The notes under the pieces were generated by a model. The model saw only the letters and a list, made by a program, of their open reading frames with translations. It searched no databases and was not told the origin of the DNA. Below are positions 63,291 to 64,000 of a stretch of 64,000 nucleotides of DNA, one piece after another. Origin of the DNA: Mobula hypostoma (Eukaryota); NCBI RefSeq assembly GCF_963921235.1, contig NC_086097.1, positions 109,122,001-109,186,000 on the forward strand. The letters are read 5' to 3'. Numbering within the stretch: the stretch's first letter is position 1; the number at the start of each line of letters is the position of its first letter. The position numbers and the translations under genes are program-made.

Positions 63291-63409
63291 TACTGCTGGG
63301 AAGTCCAGCGTAGCAAATGGTGAGTCAGCATGGCTTTACTTATGGAGGTGTTTGAATTGGAGGATGTTGGCGTTGGTGTACCTATTGTTCCGGTTTTAAG
63401 TATTTTGTG

Positions 63410-64000
63410 CTAATAATATTGGTGGTATCCTTCCAATGCCTTGAGATGGCTGGGATAATGAGATCTCATAAGCATGGTGGCATGGGTTCTGTGCCAGGTC
63501 TGAAGATTGATCTGCAAATATCCATTCCTTCAGTTGACCAAAGGCCCTACCATCAGAATGAAGTCATCAGTCATAAAGTCTTATTCCCCTCGCCATAAGA
63601 TGCCTCCCATGACATGGGAGCAGGAGATTGTTCTTTGATGTCTCATCGTGAATCTTACTGGAGGATAGTGTGGTGAAATGAGGGCAGATTAGTGAAGGTT
63701 TTTCAGATGTTGAAAGATTGGTGAGTGATTTGGTGCTGTCTTAGGATTTGGCCTTTGAGATTGAATGAGTTTGTAACTCAATAGCATAATTTGGGCCTGG
63801 ACTGTAGTCACCATAGACGGAACAATTTTTCCATTAGTTCTGAAAAATAGCTTCACTCCCAATGGAAGTTTGGGAGATGTTTGGTATAACATTTTGGCAA
63901 GGAATACAGAGACAATGACCCTGGTGCAGCTTTTTCTAATGCCAGTCTTCACTGCAATCTGCTCTGTTTTACACCCAATCATTCACATCATGGTTTGCAT
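63410..64000 (-). mobile_element. RTE-clade LINE RT fragment, decayed
   Basis: IAVKTGIRKSC...SVFLAKML...KLPLGVKLFFRTNGK resembles the RTE VKTGVKQGC...GVELxYRTxGKLF motif. Confidence 0.65.

Overview
Eukaryotic, repeat-dense vertebrate DNA. The mix of CR1, Rex1/Babar, RTE, Penelope-like elements, tRNA-derived SINEs, Tc1 and Gypsy suggests a cartilaginous fish such as a ray or shark (inference only). The window lies inside the 3' half of a + strand calmodulin-dependent cyclic nucleotide phosphodiesterase gene, best matching PDE1C. Six coding exons (5811-5931, 9237-9318, 21016-21136, 21907-22082, 38265-38552, 53808-53885) have GT-AG boundaries and splice in frame; the start and the true last exon are not securely seen. 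The introns are mostly transposable elements. These include an RT-less Gypsy element (272-3016), a gag-less chromovirus with a 5-bp TSD (25591-32439) carrying a solo LTR and two nested CR1 LINEs (one with an unbroken 555-aa RT frame), two decayed Tc1 transposons and many LINE/SINE fragments. The most notable non-coding signal is a set of Penelope-like element 3' ends, each carrying a minimal type I hammerhead ribozyme motif. The core is intact at 40433-40470 (+), 43046-43083 (+) and 58253-58290 (-), and there is a head-to-head palindromic pair at about 40553-40665. Most short ORFs in the supplied track are repeat fragments or chance frames. Repeat boundaries without a stated TSD are approximate, and all family assignments come from motif recognition, not database searches.
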